From assembly GCA_002269645.1 (NCBI GenBank), contig NIVC01000051.1, positions 124,001 to 188,000 of the forward strand: 64,000 nt of DNA, in the 5' to 3' direction. Within the stretch, counting starts at the first letter, position 1, and the number at the start of each line of letters is the position of its first letter. This document shows, one piece after another, positions 34,448-56,300 of the stretch. The stretch is from Macrostomum lignano (taxonomy: Eukaryota). The notes under the pieces are model-generated. The model searched no databases. It was not told the DNA's origin and was given only the letters and a program-made list of their open reading frames with translations. A program made the position numbers and the translations under genes.

Positions 34448-36780
34448 GTAGGTTTATTTTGTTGCATTTGTTAGAAATTGAATATCAATACGAATATCTA
34501 TGGGGAAACAGATACGTATTATACGATGCCAAATGAATTCGTCTTTTGACACACTTTGCATTCGTGCCAATGTTTTTTCCTTTGGGACAGAAAATTTCTG
34601 CTAACAAATTTTTAAAGCTGAATATGGCGTCAGAGTAAGGAATGTAACCCGAAACATGTATTCATTTTTTGTTTGAATTATCTGTTCGAAGGAAAAAATA
34701 TCTTTCGGGAGATTCATATCTGTCGGGGAACCCGGGCATGTAAGAATGTCAATGTTTTTTTAATTTTTTTGGATGCACAAAGACGACGAAAGTTCTCTTT
34801 ATATATACTCGTATTTCAAATCTTTTCGATGTTAAATGTGCCACTACGTTTCTGAAAAAAACACCAGAACTTATACGAGGTAATAACATATTATATTAGC
34901 GAATCAAATTAGTGAATATTTGAAAATAAAACTCTGGTCATTCAAATCATTATATTTTAAGTCCCTAGTTCTTAATAGTACTATGCTACCTGCTTCATTT
35001 TTAACAAAGGCGGGAAGGATTACCTAAACCAATCACAATAATTCTCTAGAAGAGAAAAACTATAACTAAACTGACACTTATTGTAATATCACTATTGTAT
35101 TGTATTTTAATATTTGATCTAAATTTAATAAATTTCAAGACAACTATGCGACAAGGAAGCGTGATTTTTTGCCTGAATCTACTTAAGTTGTCCACCAGTC
35201 CACGATGCACGATACTTAAACGTGTGCTGCGCAACAAAACTTTGTTACAATTTTATTGAATAATTAGTTAATGAATACTAATAGAAATCAATTATTTGAT
35301 TACCATCTAACTACGACATTATTGCATCTAAAAACGTTTGAAGTTTAGAATTGCTTTTCAGCTACAAAATTGTACTGCATGCTACTATACAGTGTAGTGG
35401 TACAGATCCAACTCCCCAGTGAGGGGGGCAGATCCAAATGGAGGTGGAGGGATCGAAGCACAGATCTGATTTTTGCAAAAATTGGCTGCCACGCGCTTGG
35501 TCCACGAGACAATTAAACTTTTCTGTGTAGCCCTCCTTCCGGTGCAGTGTTTTGCGCCCTTTGCTGCAACAGCTGTACGAGGGAATGTGTATTGAATAGC
35601 ATATAACCTGCTTCGAGTATAATTAATTGTATACAGGTATTCGTTCTTCGAACTGCTAATTATAATGAAAATTGGTTTGTCTGGGTTGAAGTATAGTTTA
35701 CTTTTGGTAAGGAAAATATTTGTGCGCATACATGTATAGTACTCATGGACCGAAAAACGGCAACAAAAATCAACATCAAAATAAAATTATCTACACCGGT
35801 ATAAGCACAAAAGCAAGCCATGCAGTAAACCTTTTAGCCAATTGGACCATGCAAGACTCTTTCACATGCATGCATGCGTAGCCATTTAATTGCACCTATG
35901 TACGCATGTTGTACAGCAATTGGAGAGCGGTAGAGCGATAGAGTTACTACATGTATACCGCGCAATCTAATAGGAATATATCTGCAGATGTGCAGAGTAC
36001 ATTATGTACATGTACATGTACATTGTACAAGAATCCCCACGATTCATAATGTGTACTATATTATATGTATGCACAATCAAAATCCTACGAGTATATCGAC
36101 AAGCCACATGCAGGAATATAACATCGAAACGAGAATTTTTCAAAACCGAGGGCCAATGCACTTTTTGACAATTATACTAATGTCAGCTGAATTAACACTG
36201 AATAAAATCCTATTGCTTATTTAATTGGGGTTTAATGGGCGCCTTCGCAGCAAGGAACCAATAGTCTATGGTACAATTACTACTTCTATGCCGGGACCAA
36301 AATCAACAGAAAAATTGTCTATGGTACAATTATTGGGGCTTCGCCCGCCTCGAGACCATTAAATGCAGCCTCGGACATTCTGACCATAGAATGCTTATTA
36401 AATTGCTAGTATCATATACGTATTGTTGAGCCTGCTCTAGATAACGCATAGCTGCGCTGAATAGGATTTTGCCATAGACAAATTCTGTAGAATAATGCGT
36501 GCTAAAAAATATGTTTTCTCCACAGATTCGATTTTATAACTACGAGTACATGTATATGTTGCCATAGACGGGCCACTTCCAGCCGCCTGGCGAAAGCCCC
36601 GGGGTTAAGACCATAGACGGTATAGCTTCTGCTGCTCTCAAGCATTAGCATTAGCAGCTGCAGCTGCAGCTATATAGTGTCTGTGGCCCTAAAAACCTGG
36701 CCAGGGTTTTCCCTCTGCGGCCAGACGGCGGCTAAACACTCGTACATCAGCCAATGCTGTAGTGACACACCCCCAATCTA

Positions 36781-37751
36781 GGGGGTCGCTATCACAAACC
36801 CGAAAAATCACAACTCCTAAAGAATTTTCCATCAAAAACCCGATCCTATCATAAACAAGAAAATACTATAACTTCGAAAACCACCGTTGGGCGTTGAATT
36901 TTCGGCTTTTGTGATATTTCGGTTTTGTGATATTTCGGGTTTGTGATATTTCGGAATTTGATATTTCGGGTTTGTGATATTTCGGTTTTGTGATATTTCG
37001 GGTTTGTGATACTTCAAGTTTGTGATATTTCGGGTTTGTGATACTTCAAGTTTGTGATATTTCGGTTTTGTGATATTTCAGGTTTGTGATATTTCGGAAT
37101 TTGATATTTCGGGTTTGTGATATTTCGGTTTTGTGATATTTCGGGTTTGTGATACTTCAAGTTTGTGATATTTCGGTTTTGTGATATTTCGGGTTTGTGA
37201 TATTTCGGAATTTGATATTTCGGGTTTGTGATATTTTGGAATTTGATATTTCGGGTTTGTGATATTTCGGCTTTTGTGATATTTCGGTTTTGTGATATTT
37301 CGGGTTTGTGATATTTCGGTTTTGTGATATTTCGGTTTTGTGATATTTCGGGTTTGTGATATTTCGGAATTTGATATTTCGGGTTTGTGATATTTCGGAA
37401 TTTGATATTTCGGATTTGTGATATTTCGGAATTTGTGATATTTCGGTTTTGTGATATTTCGGGTTTATGATATTTCGGAATTTGATATTTCGGGTTTGTG
37501 ATATTTCGGAATTTGATATTTCGGGTTTGTGATATTTCGGAATTTGATATTTCGGGTTTGTGATATTTTGGCTTTTGTGATATTTCGGTTTTGTGATATT
37601 TCGGGTTTGTGATATTTCGGAATTCGATATTTCGGGTTTGTGATACTTCAAGTTTGTGATATTTCGGGTTGAATCTTAAGTTTAGGATATTTCGGGTTGG
37701 TGATTTTTCGGGTTAGGGTTAGGGTTAGGGTTAGGGTTAGATGCCCCCTCT
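36781..37751. mobile_element. Putative non-autonomous element carrying a 15/16-bp array (tttcgggtttgtgata) and (TTAGGG)4
   Basis: GGGGG...CCCCC ends; flanking direct repeat ccaatcta(gg) at 36773 and 37752; inverted unit copy atcacaaacccgaaa at 36791; TTAGGG run 37713-37740. Confidence 0.5.
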
Positions 37752-38959
37752 CCAATCTAGGTAGAATATATAATTTGTGTCTAGAAATGCATACTAAATG
37801 CACTATAGCGACGAGATGATGAATATGGCCTTCTTTACTGTCCTTCATCGTCCTTCTCTACTTCAGCTGTCCATATGGTACAATAATCGATTATTGATTA
37901 TTCAACCCTTGGGCAATAAAACCTGCACCCTGACTGCGATCCCGGCAACGCCCCTAAATTATATATACATGTAAATGTACACATGCTATTACTGCTAATC
38001 TAAAAGTTCAAGGTATTATATTCTCTGATAGTCTCGCTTTTAAAGTAAAATGTTTAAAAGTAAAAAAAACTGGCTTTAGCCGTTAATTAGTCTCGCAATT
38101 AAGGCGGTATTAGGATAAATATTATTGGCAGCTAAAAAACACTTAAATCCTTCTAGGATACCTGCAAATGTTATTTGGATATAAAGCTAGACTAGTCCTA
38201 ATTTTAGGATCGGAGATAAGCTATTATAGATTACTTGTTTTTGTCTGGCCGTCAATTCCTTCTCTTAGTACGAAATTTTAAAAAGACGCTAGTAATATAG
38301 CGTCTCTTTGCTACCTAAATGAAGTCTTGAGTTAACTTTCTCAATTAGAAACTCAAGTAATTAGACAGGCTTGAACAAATTCAAGCAGTTGGGGACGAAA
38401 CCCGACTCACGCTCACACAGGGTGCACACAGCGGCCCAGACTTTTGATATGGCCTCAATGGACAATTGGTTAGATGCCAAAGTCTCAAATAAGTTGACTA
38501 AATGGCTGCTGATATCTGAAACTGGAAATTGCTTTATTGCTTTAAAAATTAACGGTCAGAGCATTTTATTCTTAGGTTTGTTACCCTTTCAATTCGAATG
38601 ACTCAATCAACTATTGACATACAGAAAAATCCATGCTCTAGAACCTGGCTCGGCCCCCCGTCTGTGGGAGATCATTTACATATATACATAATATAGAAGT
38701 TCTCTAAAGGTCAACTGGCTGAATTTCAAAGTCAGAATTATAAAAAGCGTATGTAAATCCTGGATGATTGGATTAATTAAATAGGAGGAGCGGTAGGGAA
38801 CTAAGCTATATAAGCTAGGCAAGAGGTTTAGTCCCGAATAGTGTAGCAACCAAAATTGAGCAATTCAAGATTCTTCTCCTACATTTTCGTTTCCTGTCTA
38901 TATTTTTTAATTATCTTATTAGTCTTAGGAATCGTTCTTTGTTAGTCTGAAAGTGTGCT

Positions 38960-39663
38960 TAGACTGTGCCTGAAAACTGTGTGAAAGTGTGCCTGAACTG
39001 TGCCTGAAAACTGTGTGAAAGTGTGCTTGAACTGTACCTGAAAACTGTGTGAAAGTGTGCCTGAACTGTGCCTGAAAACTGTGTGAAAGTGTGCCTGAAC
39101 TGTGCCTGAAAACTGTGTGAAAGTGTTCTTGAACTGTGCCTGAAAACTGTGTGAAAGTGTGCCTGAACTGTGCCTGAAAACTGTGTGAAAGTGTGCTTGA
39201 ACTGTGCCTGAAAACTGTGTGAAAGTGTGCCTGAACTGTACCTGAAAACTGTGTGAAAGTGTGCCTGAACTGTGCCTGAAAACTGTGTGAAAGTGTGCTT
39301 GAACTGTGCCTGAAAACTGTGTGAAAGTGTGCCTGAAAACTGTGTGAAAGTGTGCTTGAACTGTACCTGAAAACTGTGTGAAAGTGTGCTTGAACTGTGC
39401 CTGAAAACTGTGTGAAAGTGTGCCTGAACTGTACCTGAAAACTGTGTGAAAGTGTGCCTGAACTGTGCCTGAAAACTGTGTGAAAGTGTGCTTGAACTGT
39501 GCCTGAAAACTGTGTGAAAGTGTGCCTGAAAACTGTGTGAAAGTGTGCCTGAAAACTGTGTGAAAGTGTGCTTGAACTGTACCTGAAAACTGTGTAAACT
39601 GTGTGAAAGTGAGCTTGAACTGTGCCTGAAAACTGTGTGAAAGTGTGCTTGAACTGTACCTGA
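38960..39663. repeat. 34-bp minisatellite (ctgtgcctgaaaactgtgtgaaagtgtgcctgaa) with 22-bp deletion variants
   Basis: Direct reading. Confidence 0.93.
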
Positions 39664-40646
39664 AATATGGATGGAAAAACGAGTTTCAGACGTCACAAGA
39701 GGATCTAATTCTGCAACCAGATACTTCATAGATCGAACTGCAGATTTTTAAAAAAAAATTTTACATCGATATCGCGTTACACGTCAAAAACAAAATGCGC
39801 AGCATATTTAACTGCAGAAAATGCTGCATAAAAAGCTGACAAAGCATGCAATATAGTGCTTGGCGGGTACTGAGCTAAGGGCCTTGGATACCATCAGTCA
39901 GGTGCAGTAATTAAAGCTCTTCTTCAGAGGCGAAATCTGCCTGCTCGTTTTCGTTCGAGGGTTCAGCGCGGCGGCACGGGGCTATTTTTGAACTGCCTGA
40001 ATAACCATCGCGCTGCATGATCAGCCGTTCACGCAAGATCTGGCCTACTGATCGGGCCTGCATGTGCGACGCCTCAGTCGCCCTCTCTAGGCTCATCTCT
40101 AGGCCTGCGGCTAGCCTACTCATTTTGACAGACGGGTGGGTCTGAGGGATTGGGATAATTATAAGCAAGCATAATGGGAAGACAGCGCCCGGGCTTTGAT
40201 TGAATTGGGAATAAGCAAAAGGAAGACGACAACGGGTGGATAAGAGTGGGAGGTATGGAAACGATTGTGCAGGAACATTTTCTCAGGTAAAGGGGAAAAA
40301 TCTACCTTGTCCATCCATCGACTAATTTTTGTCCCGAGCCAATCCTGAGCAGACAGACAGACAGAGGGAGAAAGTGAGGAAGAGGGGAAAGCGACAGCGA
40401 GATCGAATCGAGCACTGCTCAAGCAGTAAGACAGAGAGAGAGAGAGAGAGCAGCTCACAAAGCTACCTTCGGATTAGCCCTTCTCTATCCTGCCGTAGGA
40501 TTAAGGCATTCGTAGGCTTTAAAAGCTGCACCCATAGTAATAATTGACTTCAAGCAGCAAGGTAAGAAAAGATGCTTTGCTTTGCAAAGCTTTGCAAAGC
40601 CCAAAGCCGCGTGTAATTGTGACTCAGAGTTGTCGATCAGCACAAC

Positions 40647-49792
<9,146 letters not shown>

Positions 49793-50004
49793 ACAAGGAC
49801 CACTATGGCGCGTCAGTCAAGGACCACTGGTAGTGAACTATAAAGACAAAATAATTTGTAGGCCCACTAGAGACTTTACTGCTTGTTTTTTTACTAGAAA
49901 TCCCGAATCCGAATGACACCTGAAAGTACATGCAGTACAAATTGTATTATTTCAGCATTAATTGCGTGCAAAAATAATGTGAAAGGCATATGCGAGTGCA
50001 ACTG

Positions 50005-50200
50005 GCCCTGAGCCATGGCATCTCACCAGCTCCCCATTGAGCCAATTGGCATCTCAGCAACTCCCCATTGAGCCAATTGGCATCTCAGCAACTCCCCATT
50101 GAGCCAATTGGCATCTCAGCAACTCCCCATTGAGCCAATTGGCATCTCAGCAACTCCCCATTGAGCCAATTGGCATCTCAGCAACTCCCCATTGAGCCAT
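50005..50200. repeat. 31-bp minisatellite (gagccaattggcatctcagcaactccccatt)
   Basis: About 6 copies. Confidence 0.92.
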
Positions 50201-51424
50201 GGCATCTTGCGTGACCTTGGGGGTTATGGCACTCTTTTGGGCCTTTTGGTCAAGCTGTGGCTAAAAGAATACTTTAAAAGCTGTCTGTCTCCGCAACGCA
50301 ATTTTGATTTTTTGCGTTCTATTATTATACTTAAGCATAAAAAGTTACGGCTGATGTACATGAAATACTTCAAAGCGATCTATCCTGAATACTTGGTTTT
50401 CAATCTGCGCCACTTTTTTCCCAGTGCTAGTCGATAATTGACAGAAAGTTTATTTACGAAATTTTTATGACTGTACGTAGACTTGAAGGCTGGTACTTTT
50501 TGTGCGCTTGCGTCACAGATTTCCAGTGTTCAATAGTAGTCTATTGTGAATGAAATTCTATTACTGGTGCAGTTTGCACCATAGACACCTTAGCTTTCCC
50601 GTAGACAATGCCGTTTGATCTCTTCAGTCATTGGACGAATAATCGTAGGTTAAATCTAAGTCTGAATGATCGTAGAGGCACTAAAAGGCACATGTTGCTT
50701 TTGTTGAGCACTCGCCTTTTCGTCTTTTAAATTGGCGCCAAAAGATCCTAGATATAGGTTGCAATAATTTGTTTGATTGAAGTCGTCATACTTACACTGT
50801 TATATTTTCCACTCTCGCAGTAATTGTAATTTTTCTTGTTTCCCCAACGATGTATAACGATTTATTTAAATTTGCGCTCGAATTTAAATATTGCAAGTTA
50901 TATTGTCAATTTTGCGTGTGTGCGTATGAAATTTTTTATTTTAAATTCAGTAGATTACTTGAGACCCCTCCCTATACGTTGGAATTTCATAATTAATTGA
51001 ATAATTTCCTGTCTGTCTGTACTAATTATCGCTGAGAGTTATCAAAACGAGCGCACCTCTAATTACCAGTAATTACCCTTGGGAAATAAAATGGTGTTTA
51101 ACAATCAGATAATCAGTTATTACTCTTATCTTATATATAGTATCACTCGTATTTTTTGGTTCAGTTCGTGTTAATCCGTTTTTCGAAGCCACCCCAGCAC
51201 AGACACGCGAAAACTCGTAAAAGAAATTCAAATTAAAACGCTTCTGGTTTAAATTTGTTTTTGTACTTTTTGTTCGTTTAAATACATATGTAACTAGTAG
51301 CTACATCTGCAGCCGAGTTCTGCATTTTCGTCTGCGACTGGAACCTGTTAAAGAATGTTCAGCATGAAGTCCGGAGATTTATGAGTAGATGTGAACAATT
51401 CTTGGGGTGATTCGCAGGGTACAG

Positions 51425-51765
51425 AGAGAATCTCAGGTGGATCAAGGAGAATCTCAGGTGGATCAAGGAGAATCTCAGGTGGATCAGAGAAAATCTCAGG
51501 TAGATCGGAGAGAATCTCAGGTAGATCAGAGAAAATCTCAGGTAGATCAGAGAGAATCTCAGATAGATCAGATAGAATCTCAGGTAGATCAGAGAGAATC
51601 TCAGATAGATCAGAGAGAATCTCAGGTAGATCAGAGAGAATCTCAGGTAGATCAGAGAGAATCTCAGGTAGATCAGAAAGAAGCTCAGGTAGATCAGAGA
51701 GAAGCTCAGGTAGATCAAAGAGAATCTCAGGTAGATCAATGAGAATCACAGGTAGATCAGAGAGA
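51425..51765. repeat. 21-bp minisatellite (agatcagagagaatctcaggt)
   Basis: Direct reading. Confidence 0.92.
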
Positions 51766-52174
51766 TTCTGGCGGAGAGTCTTCTCTGCTACAGAATAAAG
51801 TCGCTGTCTTATTTAAATCAAAGGTCTTCACGTACTTGCTGAATATTTGTTTAGCTCGTACTAAGAAGCAAAATTCAAGCGAATATTTTTCAACCGGGTG
51901 GAACTTCGCGAAAGAAAGAGAAAGGTTGGAAATTTTCAATTCGCGTGCAAGTTGCCTTTCTCGAGACAAAAATTATGATAATTTGACACCTAAACTAACG
52001 CAGGGGCTCATTAGCAGTCCTAAGCTAAGTGAAACTTTAGCCTTGCATAATAATTGCAGGTTTCAGCCGAGCTCAACTGCATTTATATTGCCTAATTAAA
52101 TGTTATCTTTGAGAATCTTCTTCTTCATCATATCATTCAAACCAAAGTTTTATCATTCCAATATACCCATTCTC

Positions 52175-52795
52175 TTGAATCCCATTCCCGAGAATCCCAT
52201 TCCCGAGAATTCCATTCACAAAAATCCTGTTTCCAAGAATCCCATTCTCGAGAATCCCATTCCCGAGAATCCCACTCATGAGAATCCCACTCCCTAGAAT
52301 CCCACTCCCGAGAATCCCACCCCAAGAATCCCATTCCCTAGAATTCCTTTCCCATGAATCCAATTCCCTAGAATCGCTTTCCAGTGAATCCAATTCTGAG
52401 AATCCCATTCCCGAGAATCCCATTCCCGAGAATCCCACTCATGAGAATCCCACTCCCTAGAATCCCACTCCCGAGAATCCCACCCCAAGAATCCCATTCC
52501 CTAGAATTCCTTTCCCATGAATCCAATTCCCTAGAATCGCTTTCCAGTGAATCCAATTCTGAGAATCCCATTCCCGAGAATCCCATTCCCGAGAATCCCA
52601 TTCCCGAGAATCCCATTTCCGAGAATCCTATTCCCGAGAATCTCATTCCCTAGAATCCCATTCCCGAGAATCCCATTCCTGAGAATCTCATTCCCTAGAA
52701 TCCCATTTCCGAGAATCCCACTCCCGAGAATCCCATTCCCTAGAATCCCTTTCCCGAGAATCCCATTTCCGAGAATCCCATTCCCTAGAATCCCT
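52175..52795. repeat. 15-bp minisatellite (cccattcccgagaat) with a 170-bp duplicated block
   Basis: Direct reading. Confidence 0.9.
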
Positions 52796-53396
52796 TAGAA
52801 TTGAATCCCAAGGAGCCTAAACTTCGGGTAACGTGGTACAAAAGTCAATAGCAACTCAGTAAGACTCTGGCAAAATTTAAAGAAAAGTACATCTCATACT
52901 GCAAGCGGCGCACTCGCATTTGTATGTTCGGCTTTGTTCATTCACCAAAAAATGATTTCCAGCCAGGCATGAAAAGCGGCCGAGTTTAACAAATTTTCGT
53001 AATTGAGAGAGAGAGAGAGAGAGAATGTGAGGATAAACAGAGAAACTAATTAGTAAAAGTAAGGTACAACTAAGAAGTGTAGAGACAGGAAAAATGGATG
53101 CTCCAGGTAAAAAATGAACAACTCCGGGTCCATGAGGAGCTTATTTCTTGACAAACTTTTTCTCGACGAACTCATTAAAAATGGGACAGGGGCATTCAAC
53201 CCAAAAAAATAACAGCCCGACGAAAATTGCTGATTCGACTGTTTGGCGGCTATGAATTTTCAATTATTTTTTGAAATTCAAATATTCGTAAAAACATTTG
53301 CCAGTAGTATAAATAGCGTTTGTTTCCTATTTTGCCAAAAATTGTCGAATCAACGCTTGAATATTTGTTTTAACGCACTTTAAATAGGTAAACTTT

Positions 53397-56300
53397 TCAC
53401 TTCTTCTTTTTAATTTGCATATCCAGCTTCTTTTTGTATTCGTCCATCATCGCTTTGCTCGGCCGTTTGCCAACTTTAAAGTGCAGCAACACTGCCGAGT
53501 TCTGCACCACCTCGGTGAGCATCTCCGGGGTCAGGTATTTCCACGCGTCTCGGCTGGCGTTGAGGTCGCGAACGATGCCGTAACGAATAGAGGTCATGGC
53601 GGTGGCCACCCGAGGGTGCAGTTCGAAGTCAACAGAGTTGGGCGCGTACGGTGGGTACGAGTCTTTGGCTAGAAAGTCCACGATCTCCTTGCTGCTGATG
53701 AGAATGGCGGTCATCAGGGCGCTGATCCGAGCGATGGCACCTGTGCGGAGAAAGCACCGCACGCTGTCAGGTGACTTTCACAGGTACAGCGACTCTGGGC
53801 TGCCCCATCTATAGAGCATCCATTGAACTGTCATTAGGAATCTATTGAACTGTAATTAGGCATCTAGTGAACTGTCATTAGACATCTAGTGAACTTTCAT
53901 TAGACATGTAATGAATTGTCTAGTCTTACTCCTACTTCAAGTAGCTTTCAAGCAAATTATACATTTTTGACGAAAATATTTAATTACAGGATGTATCGAG
54001 TCTTCATTAGGTTAATTATCTATCTAATCACTTAAGGGGTAATCTTTAGCAGGATGAAAATATCCAGTATAGCAAAATGCGAACAGTTGACTTAATTTAG
54101 AAGGTAATAAACGGCACACCTTGAGTAGACCCTGTAATTGCAGTCTGTGCCATAGGGTCTAGCTAAAGCCTATTTTTACACACTTTTATTTTCATCCGCC
54201 GCTAATATCCGACAATCGAGATAGACCCGGGCGCATATAAAATTCATTGGAAAATCCGATACTTCTCACTGTTAAGTCTCTACAAGTTGGCTATGAACCG
54301 GCGGATTGCTTATCCGAGAAGGGGAACAAGTTCAGATTTATTCTGAAGATTCCTCTCTAAACCGCGAGCTAGCAGCTGCTTTTTTCCTATACATTTTGTC
54401 GGGAATATCGGGATGGATTAGAAATTGCTGTTGAAGTATGCATAGTTACACACGATCAAGGGATAAGCTTTTTGGAAACATGCAGCAACTAAGGACAGAC
54501 AGATGGGTAGAGGAGTGAGACAGACAGGGAGAGGGGTGAGACTGACAGGGAGAGGGGTGAGACTGACAGGGAGAGGGGTGAGACAGACAGGGAGAGGGGT
54601 GAGACAAACAGGGAGAGGGGTGAGACTGACAGGGAGAGGGGTGAGACTGACAGGGAGAGGGGTGAGACTGACAGGGAGAGGGGTGAGACTGACAGGGAGA
54701 GGAGTAAGACAAACAGGGAGAGGGGTGAGACTGACAGGGAGAGGGGTGAGACTGACAGGGAGAGGGGTGAGACTGACAGGGAGAGGAGTAAGACAAACAG
54801 GGAGAGGGGTGAGACTGACAGGGAGAGGGGTGAGACAGACAGGGAGAGGGGTGAGACAGACAGGGAGAGGGGTGAGACAGACAGGGAGAGGGGTGAGATA
54901 AACAGGGAGAGGGGTGAGACTGACAGGGAGAGGGGTGAGACAAACAGGGAGAGGAGTGAGACTGACGGGGAGAGAGGGGTGAGACAAACAGGGAGAGGAA
55001 TGAGACTGACGGGGAGAGAGGAGTGAGACAGACGGGAAAGGAGCGAGACAGACGGGAAAGGGGAGGAGAGGTCAGCACTCACTTGTTCGCTGCTGTTTCA
55101 CCGCCTCCAATGCCCTCCAGCGAGGATGGCCAGCCCGAATGCTCTGTACAATGGAATCGATGGCCGCTTGCTCGCAGCCGATGCTGTTCAGCAGGCACAC
55201 CACCATATTGCGGACGTCTCGGCACCGGCCGTGCTCAGGATCGAGCTGCTGGCCGAAGCCGAAGTAACTCCGACGATGCACGTAGACTGAGACAGCCTCC
55301 ATGCACTGCTGCCTGCAGCGCTCCCGCTCCAGGCCCAGAAGCACGATGCGCAGCGGCTCCGAGCAGTGCTCAGCTTCGTCTGGCGATTGCAGGTTAGACT
55401 TCTTCTTTTTTGCTGCCGCCGCGTGATTGTTGCTGTTGCTGGGCGGCTGAGTTTCTGAAAGTTGAGAGGCCAACATCAAAATCATATTTGAAAAATTATG
55501 AGCAAATGGCAGAAACTCTGCCCGTTCCGCTGAGCACACATTTATACACACGCTCGCTCACACAGGGTGTACACCGGCCCCTTTGACTTTCTAACCGTCA
55601 GGCATGTACACTCTCCGTGCCTTGGGTGTTGGCCCTCAGGTGTGACCAATTTTCATGCAACACAGGCCCCAAATGAATGGGACCAGGGGTTCGGTGTTCC
55701 AGTTCCTCACTCACTCGTGCTGCAATTGTTCTCATTGCTGTCCTCAGGTTTCGGATCCGGTTTGATGTCGTCCAGGGCCTGCGCCATCAGCACTTCGGTA
55801 TTGAGCCCGTCAGCTCTGGCCTCCCTGAGCAGTTCTCGAATATCGGCCGCCCTCTGCTTGGTTTGCCGCAGGCGGTCAGCCAGGTCGCACAAGCTCGCCA
55901 GGCTTTTGACCCCGATGACCGGCACGCTCAGCGGCTGGTCGCCGAACTCCATCGCGCCGGGCTGTCGGGCGTACACGGCCGGATCGACCTGACCTTTGCC
56001 TGCTTTGCCCGACTTGCCCGACTTTTTCGTCGATTTTTTGCCCGACTTATCCGACTTAGACTTTGATTTGGAATTTTTTGCAGCGGCATCGTCGGAGGCT
56101 TTGGGCTTGGCCACGGACTCCACGGGGAAGCGAGAGTAGCAGTAGCCGGGGCAGGAGGTCACCGAGTTCACCAGAGCGGCCAGCGGGAAGGACGGCCTGC
56201 TGGAGTGCAGTGCCAGGGCGGCGTCCAGCCAGTCTCGGTAATAAATCAGTCGGCGCTCGAATCGCCTGCGCAGCGGCATCGCGAAGGCTTTGCCGGGCAC

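Larger units (their letters stand above)
27231..34517 (-). mobile_element. Foldback/NOF-like (MULE superfamily) DNA transposon, 7287 bp
   Basis: Perfect 9-bp TSD attatacga (27222-27230, 34518-34526); terminal ~70 bp perfectly inverted (acgtatctgtttccccatagatattcg...); arms of tandem 183-bp units in opposite orientation; internal MULE-like transposase gene. Confidence 0.88.

Noticed and set aside
37713-37740. True telomere or telomere-fusion site
   Set aside because: Only ~4.5 TTAGGG units embedded in an element-like unit, with ordinary sequence on both sides
38960-39663. CRISPR-like appearance of 28-34-bp repeat arrays (also 14075, 18300, 50005)
   Set aside because: Head-to-tail units with no unique spacers, no cas genes, eukaryotic context
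39911-40168. 85-aa minus-strand ORF upstream of NCKX
   Set aside because: No recognisable motif or splice context; probably chance ORF in promoter/UTR DNA
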